NCBI GenBank assembly: GCA_964533825.1
Contig: CAZHMU010000005.1
Coordinates: 31,599 to 95,598, forward strand
DNA length: 64,000 nucleotides
Direction of reading: 5' to 3'
DNA from: an uncultured Oscillospiraceae bacterium
Lineage (GTDB): Bacteria; Bacillota; Clostridia; Christensenellales; CAG-314
Position 1 is the first letter of the stretch, and every line of letters starts with the position of its first letter. The notes under the pieces are model-generated. The model searched no databases. It saw nothing but the letters and a program-made list of their open reading frames with translations, and was not told the DNA's origin. Shown here piece by piece: positions 1 through 10,686 of the stretch. Position numbers and translations under genes: made by a program.

Positions 1-297
1 ATCACCAAAAACAAGCAAGAGTACTATGCATTTAGTGACGAAGAGCGCGATGCAAAGCTTGCTGAACTGGGCAGTAAGGGCGTGGAAGTATCACGCTACA
101 AAGGTCTTGGCGAAATGAACGCCGACCAACTTTGGGAAACAACAATGAACCCAGCAACACGCGTTATGTTGCGTGTAACAATGGAAGACGCAATGGAAGC
201 AGACCAAATTGTTTCCTTGCTTATGGGTGACGACCCAGAACTCAGACGCGAGTTTATCGTAGAAAATGCAAAACTCGTAGAAGATTTGGACGTATAG
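1..297 (+). CDS. gyrB: DNA gyrase subunit B, C-terminal end (gene starts upstream of window)
   Basis: The frame is open from base 1. The tail ...[20 protein letters not shown]...[13 protein letters not shown] is the conserved GyrB C-terminus, and gyrA follows directly. Confidence 0.9.
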   Translation: MTKNKQEYYAFSDEERDAKLAELGSKGVEVSRYKGLGEMNADQLWETTMNPATRVMLRVTMEDAMEADQIVSLLMGDDPELRREFIVENAKLVEDLDV

Positions 298-310
298 GAG
301 GCTACCTACA

Positions 311-2809
311 ATGGCAAAAAAAGCAGATAACATCAATATTGACTATATCGAGGCTTTAGCCAACACCAAGGTTAAGCCCATCAAGATGGAAGACGAAATG
401 AAAAAGTCTTTCATATCCTACGCAATGGCAGTAAACGTATCACGTGCCATCCCTGACGTACGTGACGGCCTAAAGCCTGTTCACCGTCGTATTTTGTACG
501 CAATGGGCGAACTCAACTTGTACAACGACAAGCCTTACCGCAAGTGCGCGCGTATTGTCGGTGACGTTTTGGGTAAGTATCACCCCCACGGTGACAGTGC
601 CGTTTACGAAGCGCTTGTTCGTCTTGCACAAGACTTTTCCATCCGTTGCCCCCTAGTTGACGGTCAAGGTAACTTTGGTAGTGTGGATGGCGACCCAGCC
701 GCTGCTCAACGTTACACTGAAGCTCGTTTGTCCAAGATTGCCAGCGAAATGCTCCGCGAAATTGACAAAAACACAGTAGACTACTACCCCAACTTTGATA
801 ATACTTTGATGCAACCGGTGGTATTGCCAAGCCGTTTCCCCAACTTGCTTGTAAACGGTGCCGATGGTATTGCCGTTGGTATGGCAACAAACATCCCACC
901 CCACAACCTTTCGGAAGTAATTGATGGCGCAATCGCCGTAATGGACAACCCCGACATCACTGTGGAAGAATTGATGAAGTATGTGCCTGCTCCTGACTAC
1001 CCAACTGGTGGTATCATGATGGGTCGTGTGGGCGTTCGCAACGCTTACAAAACTGGTAAAGGTAGCATTTTGGTGCGCGCAAAGACGGACATCGAAGAAC
1101 ACAACGGCCGTGAGCGCATCATCGTTACTGAACTGCCTTACCAAGTAAACAAGGCAAAACTCATTTCCAGCATTGCCGACATGGTCAAGGACAAGCGTGT
1201 GGAAGGCATTTCCGACATCCGTGACGAATCCGACCGCCATGGTATGCGCATTGTGTTTGAACTCAAACGTGATGCAAACGCACAAGTTGTTTTGAACACA
1301 CTCTTCAAGCACAGTCAACTGCAAGTTAGCGATGGTATAATTTTGCTTGCCTTGGCTGATGGCGAGCCAAAGATTTTGTCCTTGAAGGAAATTCTCGTTC
1401 ACTACAACGCTCACCAAAAGGAAGTTGTAACTCGTCGTACAAAGTACGATCTTGAAAAAGCCGAAGACCGCTACCACATCATCGAAGGTTTGGTAATTGC
1501 TCTTGATAACATCGACAGAGTCATTGCCATCATCAAGGGTAGCGAAGACAGACAAACAGCTCTTCAAGCGTTGATGCAAGAGTTTGGTCTGAGCGAACGC
1601 CAATCCAATGCTATTTTGGAGATGAAGTTGTCACGTCTTACCCACTTGGAAGTGGAAACACTGCGCAACGAGCTGGCTCAACTTGCAGCTTTGATTGCTG
1701 ACCTCAAGGATATTTTGGCAACACCTGCTCGTATCGAACAAATTGTCAAAAACGAACTTGTGGAAGTAAAAACCAAGTACGGCACACCACGTCGTACGGA
1801 AATTTGCACCGACTACTCGGAAATCGACATCGGCGACCTTATCGAAAAGGAAGACGTTGTAATTTCTATGACACACCTTGGCTACATCAAGCGTTTGCCA
1901 GTTGCCGAGTACCGCACACAAAAACGTGGTGGCAAGGGTGTAACAGCACACAAACCTCGTGAAGAAGACTTTGTTACCAATATGTTTATCACAAATACCC
2001 ACGATGATTTGTTGTTCTTTACCAACCGCGGTAAGGTGTACTGCATCAAAGGTTACGAAGTCCCCGAGGCAGAGCGTACCGCTCGTGGACGTGCTATTGT
2101 CAACCTCCTTCAACTTGACAACGGCGAAAAGGTCACAACTGTCATCCCACGTAAGGAAGACAGTCGTGGTAATCTTGTAATGGCAACTCGCAATGGTCTC
2201 ATCAAAAAGACAGCTCTTACCGAGTTTGAGTCCATCCGTAAAACTGGTAAAATTGCCATCTCCTTGTTGGAAGGTGACGAACTCATCGGTGTGGATATGA
2301 CCACTGGCTACGATGAGCTTATCGTTGCCAGCCACGAAGGTAAATGCATCCGCTTTGCCGAAGAAGACGTCCGCAACATGGGCCGTGAAGCACAAGGTGT
2401 CAAATCTATGGATTTGGCCGAAGGCGACTACGTTGTAGATATGGCAGTTGTTCGCAATGGCTTGGAAGCTGTAACCATTTCCGAAAAGGGCTACGGCAAG
2501 CGTAGCGATATGATTGACTACCGCTTGCAATCTCGCGCTGGTAAAGGTATCAAAGCCGGCGTATTCACAGAAAAAACGGGTAAACTTGTCAGCTTGAAAC
2601 TGATCGATCCAAACAACGACTTGATGCTCATTGCCGACAACGGCATCGTTATCCGTATCAAAGCCAAGGAAATCTCCAAGATTGGTCGTGATACAATGGG
2701 CGTAAAGGTTATGAACATCAAACGTGGCGAAGAAACAAAAGTTGTTTGCGTTTCCGAAAGCCCCGCTGCGGAAGAAATCGACGACGAGTCTGGCAACGGA
2801 GAAGAATAA
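311..2809 (+). CDS. gyrA: DNA gyrase subunit A
   Basis: 832-aa ORF with AGGAGG about 10 nt upstream. The conserved N-terminus is present ([48 protein letters not shown] with the catalytic Tyr), followed by C-terminal beta-pinwheel repeats. Confidence 0.97.
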   Translation: MAKKADNINIDYIEALANTKVKPIKMEDEMKKSFISYAMAVNVSRAIPDVRDGLKPVHRRILYAMGELNLYNDKPYRKCARIVGDVLGKYHPHGDSAVYEALVRLAQDFSIRCPLVDGQGNFGSVDGDPAAAQRYTEARLSKIASEMLREIDKNTVDYYPNFDNTLMQPVVLPSRFPNLLVNGADGIAVGMATNIPPHNLSEVIDGAIAVMDNPDITVEELMKYVPAPDYPTGGIMMGRVGVRNAYKTGKGSILVRAKTDIEEHNGRERIIVTELPYQVNKAKLISSIADMVKDKRVEGISDIRDESDRHGMRIVFELKRDANAQVVLNTLFKHSQLQVSDGIILLALADGEPKILSLKEILVHYNAHQKEVVTRRTKYDLEKAEDRYHIIEGLVIALDNIDRVIAIIKGSEDRQTALQALMQEFGLSERQSNAILEMKLSRLTHLEVETLRNELAQLAALIADLKDILATPARIEQIVKNELVEVKTKYGTPRRTEICTDYSEIDIGDLIEKEDVVISMTHLGYIKRLPVAEYRTQKRGGKGVTAHKPREEDFVTNMFITNTHDDLLFFTNRGKVYCIKGYEVPEAERTARGRAIVNLLQLDNGEKVTTVIPRKEDSRGNLVMATRNGLIKKTALTEFESIRKTGKIAISLLEGDELIGVDMTTGYDELIVASHEGKCIRFAEEDVRNMGREAQGVKSMDLAEGDYVVDMAVVRNGLEAVTISEKGYGKRSDMIDYRLQSRAGKGIKAGVFTEKTGKLVSLKLIDPNNDLMLIADNGIVIRIKAKEISKIGRDTMGVKVMNIKRGEETKVVCVSESPAAEEIDDESGNGEE

Positions 2810-4506
2810 TGATTGACTACAAAAAACACATAGCTAACTTAATCAATGTGTCACTTGACAAGGACGAGCTTGCCAACCTTATCACACCAACTGCCGACGA
2901 CAACTTTGGCGACTACGCTTTCCCTTGCTTCAAATTGGCACGTGAAATGCGTATGTCCCCAGTGATGATCGCACAAAAACTCGCTGGCGAAATTGCTTGC
3001 GATGACGTTGTGCCCAAGGTAGAGGCGGTCAACGGCTACTTGAATTTTTTTGTCAACCGCAATGCGCTTTGCACCGAAGTTCTTGACCAAGTAAACAGCC
3101 AAAACCAAAAATATGGCGACAGTGACGAAGGCGCAGGTAAAACAATCTGCATTGACTACAGTTCTGTAAATATTTGCAAGTCCTTCCACATTGGACACCT
3201 TTCCACAACAGCCATTGGTAGCGCATTGTACAAAATCTACAAAGCCCTTGGCTACAATGTGGTAGGTATCAACCACCTTGGCGACTACGGTACACAATTT
3301 GGTAAAATGATTGTTGCTTTCAAGCTTTGGGGCGACCGCAAAACAGCCGAGCGCGAAGGCGTTGCCGAACTGCAAAGATTGTACGTCAAGTTCCACCAAG
3401 AGGAGGAAACCCACCCCGAACTCACAGATATGGCTCGTGAGTGGTTTGTAAAGATTGAAAAGGGCGACGAAGAAGCTCAAGAACTGTTCCAATTTTTCAA
3501 AAAGGTAACTTTGGCTGACGTTATGGAAATCTACAATCGCCTTAACGTCAACTTTGACAGTTGGAACGGCGAAAGTTTCTTCAATGACAAAATGGACGGT
3601 CCACTGCAAATGCTCCGCGACAAAGGTCTTGTAACGGTAAACCAAGGCGCACAAATCGTTGACCTTGCAGATTACGATATGCCTCCTTGCTTGCTCGTAA
3701 AAAGTGACGGCAGTAGCTTGTACGCAACTCGTGACATTGCCGCTGCAATTTGGAGAAAACAAGAGTACGACTTTGATAAATGTTTGTACGTTGTTGCGTA
3801 CCAACAAAATCTTCATTTCAAGCAATTTTTCAAGGTGCTTGAACTTGCTGACCTTCCTTGGGCAAAGGACCTTGTTCACGTTGCCTATGGTATGGTAAGT
3901 TTGGAGGATGGCGCAATGTCCACACGTAAGGGCAACGTTGTGCTTCTTCGTGACGTAATCAACAAGGCGGTAGCAAAGTCGTTGGAAATCATCACAAACA
4001 AAAACCCCAACTTGGACAATCGCGACAAGGTTGCCGAGCAAGTTGGTGTTGGCGCAGTGTTGTTCTCTGCTCTGGAAAACTCCAAAATCAAGGATATCAC
4101 CTTCACTTTCGACCGCGTGTTGAACTTTGATGGCGAAACCGCACCATATCTCCAATACACTTGCGCTCGTTGTAACTCCATCGTGGCAAAGGCAGGCTTG
4201 TCCGCCAATGCAAAAATCGCAGTGGATACAAGCGCATTTGACAATATGGAAACATTGCGTTTGTGCAAGCTTTTGAGAGCTTTCCCACAAGTTGTCAAAG
4301 ATGCAGCTCACAAGTACGAACCAAGCTTGTTGTCTGGCTTGCTCATTGATATTGCCCAAGCCTTCAACCGTTTCTACATCGAGCACCGCGTAATTTGCGA
4401 CGACTTGGCAGTGCAAAACGCCCGTTTGCAAGTGGTACAAGCAACAGCAACCGTTCTCAAAAAAGGCCTTGCATTGCTTGGCATCGAAACACCAGAGAAG
4501 ATGTAA
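2809..4506 (+). CDS. argS: arginine--tRNA ligase
   Basis: The track ORF is 2746..4506, but its first 21 aa are Arg-rich read-through of the gyrA 3' end. The conserved protein starts at Met22 (ATG 2809, forming TAATG with the gyrA stop). Motifs SFHIGHL (HIGH) and MSTRKG are present, with a DALR-type C-terminus. Confidence 0.93.
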   Translation: MIDYKKHIANLINVSLDKDELANLITPTADDNFGDYAFPCFKLAREMRMSPVMIAQKLAGEIACDDVVPKVEAVNGYLNFFVNRNALCTEVLDQVNSQNQKYGDSDEGAGKTICIDYSSVNICKSFHIGHLSTTAIGSALYKIYKALGYNVVGINHLGDYGTQFGKMIVAFKLWGDRKTAEREGVAELQRLYVKFHQEEETHPELTDMAREWFVKIEKGDEEAQELFQFFKKVTLADVMEIYNRLNVNFDSWNGESFFNDKMDGPLQMLRDKGLVTVNQGAQIVDLADYDMPPCLLVKSDGSSLYATRDIAAAIWRKQEYDFDKCLYVVAYQQNLHFKQFFKVLELADLPWAKDLVHVAYGMVSLEDGAMSTRKGNVVLLRDVINKAVAKSLEIITNKNPNLDNRDKVAEQVGVGAVLFSALENSKIKDITFTFDRVLNFDGETAPYLQYTCARCNSIVAKAGLSANAKIAVDTSAFDNMETLRLCKLLRAFPQVVKDAAHKYEPSLLSGLLIDIAQAFNRFYIEHRVICDDLAVQNARLQVVQATATVLKKGLALLGIETPEKM

Positions 4507-4651
4507 TTCTGTCAACCAAAACGCACTTTCCCCACTTCGGCACAAAAAACTAACTTTTGCAATTTTCTTACAATGCAATCTCTTTGACGCGATTTGCCGT
4601 CAACGTAGTTTTGTTCAAAAGGAATTTGTCCTAACTAAAAAAATACCATAA

Positions 4652-4684
4652 AAGCAGTCGAAAGAAACATCGACTGCTTTTTTG
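4652..4684 (+). terminator. intrinsic terminator after argS
   Basis: Stem AAGCAGTCG / CGACTGCTT followed by a T-run. Confidence 0.7.
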
Positions 4685-4770
4685 CATGATTTTTTTGCAC
4701 AAAGGAAAGCCAATCTCAATTTTTGGCAATAATATGTTATATTTGCGCATTTATTTATTGACAACTATTA

Positions 4771-4799
4771 TTGACAAACGCATCCACTTGGAGTAAAAT
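4771..4799 (+). promoter_or_regulatory. sigma-A-type promoter for the DUF4097 gene
   Basis: TTGACA, 17-nt spacer, TAAAAT. The track TTG start (4771) is this -35 box, which argues for the downstream GTG start. Confidence 0.55.
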
Positions 4800-4836
4800 A
4801 GACCAAAGAACCAAACTCAAAAAAGGAGTATCACTT

Positions 4837-5727
4837 GTGAAAAAACTTCTTGTAATACTTTTGCTTGTAGCTCTTTGCTTACTGCCTATGGCATTTTCGG
4901 CATGTAGTATTGATGTAACAGTAATATCTGCCGAAGAAATGTTGCCTCATTGCAACGATAGCCTTACTACAAACCCATTGGAAGGGGCAACAAACATTCA
5001 TATCGAAGCTGACTTGTATTCGGTGGCAGTGCACAACGTCCTTGGCGACAAGGTTACAATCGACTTTACTCAACACGAAAAGTCAAAGGTAACAACAAGC
5101 CTCAAGGATGGCACTTTGTACATTGTACAGGAGTGGGAATCCCTTATCGCAAGTGCCGCGAGAAAGTTGTATTTGGTTGTGGGAATTCCTGAAAGTTGGC
5201 AGAGCTACAAGCTTAGTGCCGATTTGGATGTTGGCGCGCTAAGTATTGAACAAATCAATGCAGATACCATTGATGTAGAAATGGATACAGGTGCTTGCAT
5301 GGTTACCACCCAAATTGCATCTGCCGTGAATTTGGAGTCAGACACAGGTGCCATTATTTTCCAAGGCAAAACAGGCGTTTTGACTGTCGATGTAGACACT
5401 GGCGCTGTCAAGCTGGAAGGCCAAGCGGATGTTGTCGCGGTAACTAGTGATACAGGTAGTATCAAGGTGGATATGCTCGCAACGGAGGTTGATCTCCAAA
5501 CAGACACAGGTAGCATTGTTTTTGAAATTGGCAACAACAACACAATCAAGGTGGAAAGTAGCACTGGCTCTGTTATTGGCACAATCGATGGAGTAAAGAG
5601 TAAGTATTCCATTTCGGTAGACGTTGATACAGGCAGCTGCAATGTTTACGACCAAATTGGCGACAGTGTCCATTTGTTGCAAATCAAAATCAACACAGGC
5701 GCTGCAAAAATAACTTTTACAAACTAA
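4837..5727 (+). CDS. DUF4097-family lipoprotein (beta-helical repeat protein)
   Basis: GTG start 7 nt after AAAGGAG. Signal peptide VKKLLVILLLVALCLLPMAFSAC with a lipobox. About 8 tandem ~20-aa repeats of the form xxDTG(A/S)xxV. Confidence 0.7.
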   Translation: MKKLLVILLLVALCLLPMAFSACSIDVTVISAEEMLPHCNDSLTTNPLEGATNIHIEADLYSVAVHNVLGDKVTIDFTQHEKSKVTTSLKDGTLYIVQEWESLIASAARKLYLVVGIPESWQSYKLSADLDVGALSIEQINADTIDVEMDTGACMVTTQIASAVNLESDTGAIIFQGKTGVLTVDVDTGAVKLEGQADVVAVTSDTGSIKVDMLATEVDLQTDTGSIVFEIGNNNTIKVESSTGSVIGTIDGVKSKYSISVDVDTGSCNVYDQIGDSVHLLQIKINTGAAKITFTN

Positions 5728-5740
5728 CAGGAGAAAAACT

Positions 5741-6280
5741 ATGCAAATACTTGACTATATCATCATCGCTTGCGCAGTAGTATCATTGGTACTTGGCATT
5801 GTCAAAGGCTTTTTGACACCCGTTGTAAACATTGCCGGCTTTTTTGTAGTGCTGTACGCTGGTGGCGCATTTTCTTCCACACTGTTCCCACTTTTGGCAA
5901 ATATCATCCCAGACGAAGCAACCTGCTCCCTTGCAAGCGCAATCGCATCCATGTTGCTTGTGTGGTTTATTTACTTTTTGATTTCTCGCTTGATTGTAAA
6001 AATCATCCAAAAGAGCAAAGCTTTGGGTGTAGCAAACCGCCTTATCGGTGGTGCGCTTGGCGTTGTGATGGTGTACCTTGTTGTGTCCATCGTGACGGCG
6101 TTCATGCAAAACGAAAACACCTTGTTTGCCTCTGTGCGTGAGCAATATGGCGAAGCTTTCAACCAAAGCTGGGTGGTTCAAAACATCTACAAGACCAACC
6201 CCATTGGCGAAGGCTTGGTAAACAGTGCCTTCCAAAATCTCATTGACCTGTTGCAACAAGCTTTGATCCCACAAGCGTAA
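5741..6280 (+). CDS. CvpA-family membrane protein
   Basis: About 4 TM helices. The N-terminus MQILDYIIIACAVVSLVLGIVKGFL is typical of the colicin V production (CvpA) family. RBS AGGAGA is present. Confidence 0.75.
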   Translation: MQILDYIIIACAVVSLVLGIVKGFLTPVVNIAGFFVVLYAGGAFSSTLFPLLANIIPDEATCSLASAIASMLLVWFIYFLISRLIVKIIQKSKALGVANRLIGGALGVVMVYLVVSIVTAFMQNENTLFASVREQYGEAFNQSWVVQNIYKTNPIGEGLVNSAFQNLIDLLQQALIPQA

Positions 6281-6301
6281 AACCAATTTTTGAACAAAAA
6301 A

Positions 6302-6330
6302 GGGAGTATCCATATCGATACTTCCTTTTA
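6302..6330. terminator. bidirectional hairpin between convergent genes
   Basis: GGGAGTATC / GATACTTCC stem flanked by A-run and T-run. Confidence 0.6.
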
Positions 6331-6633
6331 TTTGTTTGCAGATCGCTTATCATTGATTTTTTTAACAACAATGGGAATTACCCATCCCAACGCGCACATT
6401 ACCATCATTGCAATTGTGTAGAAGATAAAAAACAACGCGCCTATTTTGTCCCATCCCAAAGTTGTAAAGAACAAAATTACCATTACAATCATTGTAACTA
6501 CCGACAAAGCAATGGGAATTAATTTAAGGGGCTTTCTTTTAGCTTTCAAACAGAGAAACATCTGCAATATCAACAGTATTGCGAGAAAGGCGGAGTATAC
6601 AATTGCTGGTTTTATGAGCATTGTGCTAAGCAT
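6328..6633 (-). CDS. small membrane protein (3 TM), function unknown
   Basis: 101-aa hydrophobic ORF with a basic C-terminal tail (KKINDKRSANK). RBS GGAGG is upstream. Confidence 0.5.
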   Translation of the reverse strand: MLSTMLIKPAIVYSAFLAILLILQMFLCLKAKRKPLKLIPIALSVVTMIVMVILFFTTLGWDKIGALFFIFYTIAMMVMCALGWVIPIVVKKINDKRSANK

Positions 6634-6659
6634 GTGATACCTCCATTCTTTGTTTGAAA

Positions 6660-7268
6660 TTATTTACTAAAAACACAACCACAGTAGTGCTGGGTGTACA
6701 AATTGTACTTTTCTGCAAGGCGCAAACTTTCGTCAAAACCGCCAAGCTTTTTGAAGTCGGCACACAGCCAAGCTACGTCGCTTTGCAGCTCAAGACCAAT
6801 TTGGTTGATGACGGTGCTGTTTTTTCTGCGAGATACAGTCAAAGTTGTGCCAAAGTAGGCAAATCCGTTTGCTTGGGCGTAGGCAAGGGTATCTGCAAGG
6901 CGCAACTTGAAACACTCGCTGCAACGCGCTCCACCCTCTTTGGCTTGTTCTAAACCAGTTGCCACGTCAAAAAATCTGTTTGCATTGTGCTGATGCACAA
7001 CAAGTTTAACTGGATACTTTGGTTGCACTTCAAACTGTCCGTTGTTGACAATTTTGACAAGTTTTTGCACTTCGCAAAGTCGCTTTTGCCACTCGACAAA
7101 ATCTGTGACGTTGTCATTTGCGTAGTACAACGTTACGTCAAATTTGTCCAAAAGCCTTGTCAAGCAGTAGGTGGCGCAGGGTGCGCAACACACGTGCAGG
7201 AGTAGCTTTTCTCCATCTTTGATGCGTTTTTTGCCTTGTCTAAACGCCAAATCGTAGTTGTTTATCAT
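6660..7268 (-). CDS. queH: epoxyqueuosine reductase QueH (DUF208)
   Basis: LLHVCCAPCATYC and the C-terminal HYCGC Cys motifs are characteristic of QueH. There is a 4-nt overlap with the upstream radical SAM gene. Confidence 0.8.
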   Translation of the reverse strand: MINNYDLAFRQGKKRIKDGEKLLLHVCCAPCATYCLTRLLDKFDVTLYYANDNVTDFVEWQKRLCEVQKLVKIVNNGQFEVQPKYPVKLVVHQHNANRFFDVATGLEQAKEGGARCSECFKLRLADTLAYAQANGFAYFGTTLTVSRRKNSTVINQIGLELQSDVAWLCADFKKLGGFDESLRLAEKYNLYTQHYCGCVFSK

Positions 7269-7858
7269 TCTTTTGCGCGTACGCGAAGGGGTACGCCCAC
7301 CTTTTCAGCAAGCTTTTTGCAGGCCTCAACATCAGCATAACCAATGCTATCCACTACGGAAAACACAACGTTGCCCCCCTTTTGCAGGCACAGTGTTGCA
7401 AACTCCAGCAAAGCATCAAAGGCCTTTTCACCGTAGATACTCTTGCAGTGCGCTTGGTATTTTTTTGCGTTGCACTCGTTCAAGGAAATGTTGATAACGT
7501 CGCAACTTGTAACGATAACGTCGCTCACATCTTGCTTGTGGATGAGATTTGCCTGTCCGTTGGTGTTGATGCGAGTTTTTTTGTCAATGCAGTGCAGGTA
7601 GCTTGCCACTTCGTCGAGAGTGTCCAAGTTGTAAGTAGGCTCGCCAAAACCGCAAAAGACAATTTCGTCATCGTAGTTGTCAAGGTCAGTTGGTAGTTGG
7701 TCCAAGATGTCTTGCACCTCTGGCTCTGCGTCTATCCAAAGACGTTGATTTTCCATACCATCACGGCTCTTGCGGATGCAAAAATCGCAGTTGTTGGAGC
7801 AACGATTGGTAAGATTTATGTAAATTTTGTTTCCAATGGTGTAAACGTAGTTGTTCAT
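7265..7858 (-). CDS. TatD-associated radical SAM protein (function unknown)
   Basis: CSNNCDFC is a CxxxCxxC motif near the N-terminus. At 197 aa and next to tatD, it fits the TatD-linked rSAM family (TIGR04038, from memory). Confidence 0.8.
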   Translation of the reverse strand: MNNYVYTIGNKIYINLTNRCSNNCDFCIRKSRDGMENQRLWIDAEPEVQDILDQLPTDLDNYDDEIVFCGFGEPTYNLDTLDEVASYLHCIDKKTRINTNGQANLIHKQDVSDVIVTSCDVINISLNECNAKKYQAHCKSIYGEKAFDALLEFATLCLQKGGNVVFSVVDSIGYADVEACKKLAEKVGVPLRVRAKE

Positions 7859-7954
7859 CTTTTTTTATTTTAACCTATATTTTTTCAAATTATAGCCGTA
7901 ATTGTGGACGAATTTGATATCTATCCGCATTACGGCTACTTGTGTTTTTATTGA

Positions 7955-8737
7955 TTATTTATCGAGATACTGCCCAATTTTGGGGAACATTTGCAAGGTG
8001 TTCTTGCGCACTTGTTCTTCCACTTGTTGTGGCGTTTTACCAAGTATAAGTGCAATTTTGTCCACAATCAAGGGGATGTTGAAGGGTGTGTTGGTTGTTC
8101 CGCGCAAAGGTACAGGCGCCATGTAGGGCGCATCCGTTTCCGTCAAAATGCGGTCAAATGGGATGGATTGGATGACATCTTCCTTTTTGGCATTTTTGAA
8201 GGTAATCGCCCCACCAAAAGCAAAGTAATGCCCAAGTTTTACGCATTGCTTTGCAAACTCCGCCGAGCCACTGTAACAGTGCCACAACACGTTGTTGTTG
8301 AGATACTTCTTTTGCGCAGTAAGCACATCCATCGCATCGCCGTAGGCATCGCGGATATGCAAGGTCAATGGCAAACCAAGTTTGTCGGCAATCTCAATTT
8401 GCTCGGCAAAAACATCGCGTTGGATGTTGCGTTCACTCAGATCGTAGTAGTAGTCCAACCCAATTTCTCCAACGGCAACAACCTTTGGATGAGTGGCGCA
8501 CTCGCACATCAGTTTGACAAAGTTTTTGTCAAATTCCTTTGCTGTGTGCGGATGCATACCCACCGTTGCAAACACCTTTTGGTACTTGTTTGCCAACTCA
8601 AAGCTTGCAATCATGCCAGCGAGATCTGAGCTGTTGTTGATGACAAAGTCGATGTTGTGATTGTCCAATTGGGCAACAATTTGCTCCACTTGTCCCACAA
8701 AACGCTCATCATCAAGGTGCAAATGACTGTCAATCAT
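7955..8737 (-). CDS. tatD: TatD-family metal-dependent hydrolase/DNase
   Basis: MIDSHLHLDD N-terminus with conserved His/Asp/Glu positions (GEIGLDY, HIRDA, ETDAPY). The position downstream of metG is the usual Firmicute arrangement. Confidence 0.9.
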   Translation of the reverse strand: MIDSHLHLDDERFVGQVEQIVAQLDNHNIDFVINNSSDLAGMIASFELANKYQKVFATVGMHPHTAKEFDKNFVKLMCECATHPKVVAVGEIGLDYYYDLSERNIQRDVFAEQIEIADKLGLPLTLHIRDAYGDAMDVLTAQKKYLNNNVLWHCYSGSAEFAKQCVKLGHYFAFGGAITFKNAKKEDVIQSIPFDRILTETDAPYMAPVPLRGTTNTPFNIPLIVDKIALILGKTPQQVEEQVRKNTLQMFPKIGQYLDK

Positions 8738-10686
8738 TATCTTACTTCCTTACCGCTGTCAATGTCCTTTTCAGGTGTTACAAAAATAACCGATTTGTCG
8801 TCAGCAGCGCACAAAATCATACCGTTGCTTTCCACTCCGCGGATTTTTGCAGGTTTCAAGTTCTTGACAAGCACAACAGTCTTGCCCACCATGTACTCAG
8901 GAGTGTAGTGTTGCGCAATTCCGCTAACAACTTGACGCACTTCGTCGCCAACTTGCAGTTGGAAGCAAAGTAGTTTGTCGCTCTTTGCAACCTTTTCGCA
9001 ACTAAGCACCTTTGCGGTGCAAAGTTTTACCTTTGCAAACTCGGTAATGTCAATCAATTCTTCTTGTGGTTTTTCGCTTTGTGGTTCTTGCTTTTTGTTT
9101 TGAGCTTGCGCTTCAGCAACTTGTTTTGCGTGCAATTCTTCCAAAACTTTCAGTTCCTTTGCGATGTCAATGCGGTCAAACAAGTTTGCGCCCTTGGTTA
9201 CAGGTGTACCTTCGGCAATGCCACCAAATGTTTGGATTCCGTCAAAGTTTGTTGGAACTTCCACACCAATTTTACCAAAGATTGTCTTTGCAGTCTTGGG
9301 GATGAAAGGCAGCAACATGGTCGCAGCAAAACGGATGCATTCGCACAAAACGTACATTACTGTTGCCAAACGCTCTTTGTCACCGTTTTTGTTGAGAGCC
9401 CAAGGCATTGTTTCGTCAATGTACTTGTTGGCACGTTGAACAATCTTGAAGATGTTTGCCAAAGCATCTGGTGCGGAAAGGTTTTCGATGTCGGCACGAA
9501 CTTTTGCAAGAGTGCCTTCGCAAAGAGCAATAATTTCCTTGTCCAGCTCGGTGTAAGCGTTTGGTGCTGGGATTGTGCCACCAAAGTATTGTGTTACCAT
9601 TGCGGTGGTACGACTTACCAAGTTACCAAGGTCGTTTACAAGGTCGGTGTTGGTGCGAGTGAGTAACGCCTCGTTTGTGTAGTTGCCATCACTTCCAAAT
9701 GGGATTTCGCGAAGAAGGAAGTATCTGATAGCATCCACTCCGTAACGCTCCGCAAGGAAAAATGGATCAACAATGTTGCCTTTGGATTTACTCATCTTGT
9801 CGTTGTCAAAGAGCAACCAGCCGTGTCCGTAAACCTTCTTTGGCAGTGGCAAATCAAGCGCCATCAAAAGTGCCGGCCAAATGATGGTGTGGAAACGTAC
9901 AATTTCCTTGCCCACCATGTGAAGGTCAGCTGGCCAAAACTTGTCAAAGTTGGCGTGGTCTTCTTGAAGGTAGCCCAAAGCTGTGATGTAGTTTGTAAGC
10001 GCATCCACCCAAACGTATGCAACGTGTTTTGGATCAAATGGCAACTTTACACCCCAGTCAAATGTGGTACGAGATACGCACAAGTCTTTGAGACCGGGCT
10101 TGATAAAGTTGTTTATCATCTCGTTCATACGCGCCTTTGGACTGATAAAGTCGGGGTTTTCTTCGTAGAACTTGATGAGTTTGTCTTGATACTTGGAAAG
10201 ACGGAAAAAGTAGCTTTCTTCCTTGGCAAGCTTAACTTCTCTACCGCAGTCAGGGCATTTGCCGTCTACAAGTTGGCTTTCGGTAAAGAAAGATTCGCAA
10301 GGTGTGCAGTACCAACCTTCGTAGCTGGATTTGTAAATGTCGCCATTTGCAAGCAATTTTTCGTACACTTTTTGTACGGTTGCTTCGTGGTAGTCGTCAG
10401 TAGTGCGGATGAATTTGTCGTAGCTGATATCCAACAACTTCCAAAGCTCAATGATTTGGTCGTACAAGTCGTCAACAAACTTTTTGGGTGTTACGCCCTT
10501 TGCCTCTGCCTTTTGTTGTACCTTTTGGCCGTGTTCGTCGGTGCCGGTAAGGTAAAACACGTCAAAGCCATCCATACGCTTGAAACGCGCAATAGCATCG
10601 CAAATGATGGTTGTGTAGCAGTGACCAATGTGGAACTTGCCGCTTGAGTAGTAGATTGGAGTTGTGATGTAGTATGGTTTTTTCAT
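8737..10686 (-). CDS. metG: methionine--tRNA ligase with C-terminal tRNA-binding domain
   Basis: FHIGHCYT (HIGH), KMSKSKGN (KMSKS), a CPxC...CPDC zinc knuckle, and a Trbp111/EMAP-like C-terminus. Confidence 0.95.
   Translation of the reverse strand: MKKPYYITTPIYYSSGKFHIGHCYTTIICDAIARFKRMDGFDVFYLTGTDEHGQKVQQKAEAKGVTPKKFVDDLYDQIIELWKLLDISYDKFIRTTDDYHEATVQKVYEKLLANGDIYKSSYEGWYCTPCESFFTESQLVDGKCPDCGREVKLAKEESYFFRLSKYQDKLIKFYEENPDFISPKARMNEMINNFIKPGLKDLCVSRTTFDWGVKLPFDPKHVAYVWVDALTNYITALGYLQEDHANFDKFWPADLHMVGKEIVRFHTIIWPALLMALDLPLPKKVYGHGWLLFDNDKMSKSKGNIVDPFFLAERYGVDAIRYFLLREIPFGSDGNYTNEALLTRTNTDLVNDLGNLVSRTTAMVTQYFGGTIPAPNAYTELDKEIIALCEGTLAKVRADIENLSAPDALANIFKIVQRANKYIDETMPWALNKNGDKERLATVMYVLCECIRFAATMLLPFIPKTAKTIFGKIGVEVPTNFDGIQTFGGIAEGTPVTKGANLFDRIDIAKELKVLEELHAKQVAEAQAQNKKQEPQSEKPQEELIDITEFAKVKLCTAKVLSCEKVAKSDKLLCFQLQVGDEVRQVVSGIAQHYTPEYMVGKTVVLVKNLKPAKIRGVESNGMILCAADDKSVIFVTPEKDIDSGKEVR

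Noticed and set aside
2851-4578. Very long antisense ORFs opposite conserved genes: 575 aa opposite argS, plus 653..1603 and 1631..2530 opposite gyrA, 30575..31435 opposite pdxK, 38503..39852 opposite dnaE, 46046..46948 opposite the thioesterase, and 54694..55713 opposite the lipid kinase.
   Set aside because: The sense strands encode unmistakable conserved proteins. The antisense translations are low-complexity (rich in Val/His/Cys/Phe), lack RBSs and have no motifs I recognise. They are best explained by codon bias that depletes TTA/CTA/TCA in the sense frame (shadow ORFs).
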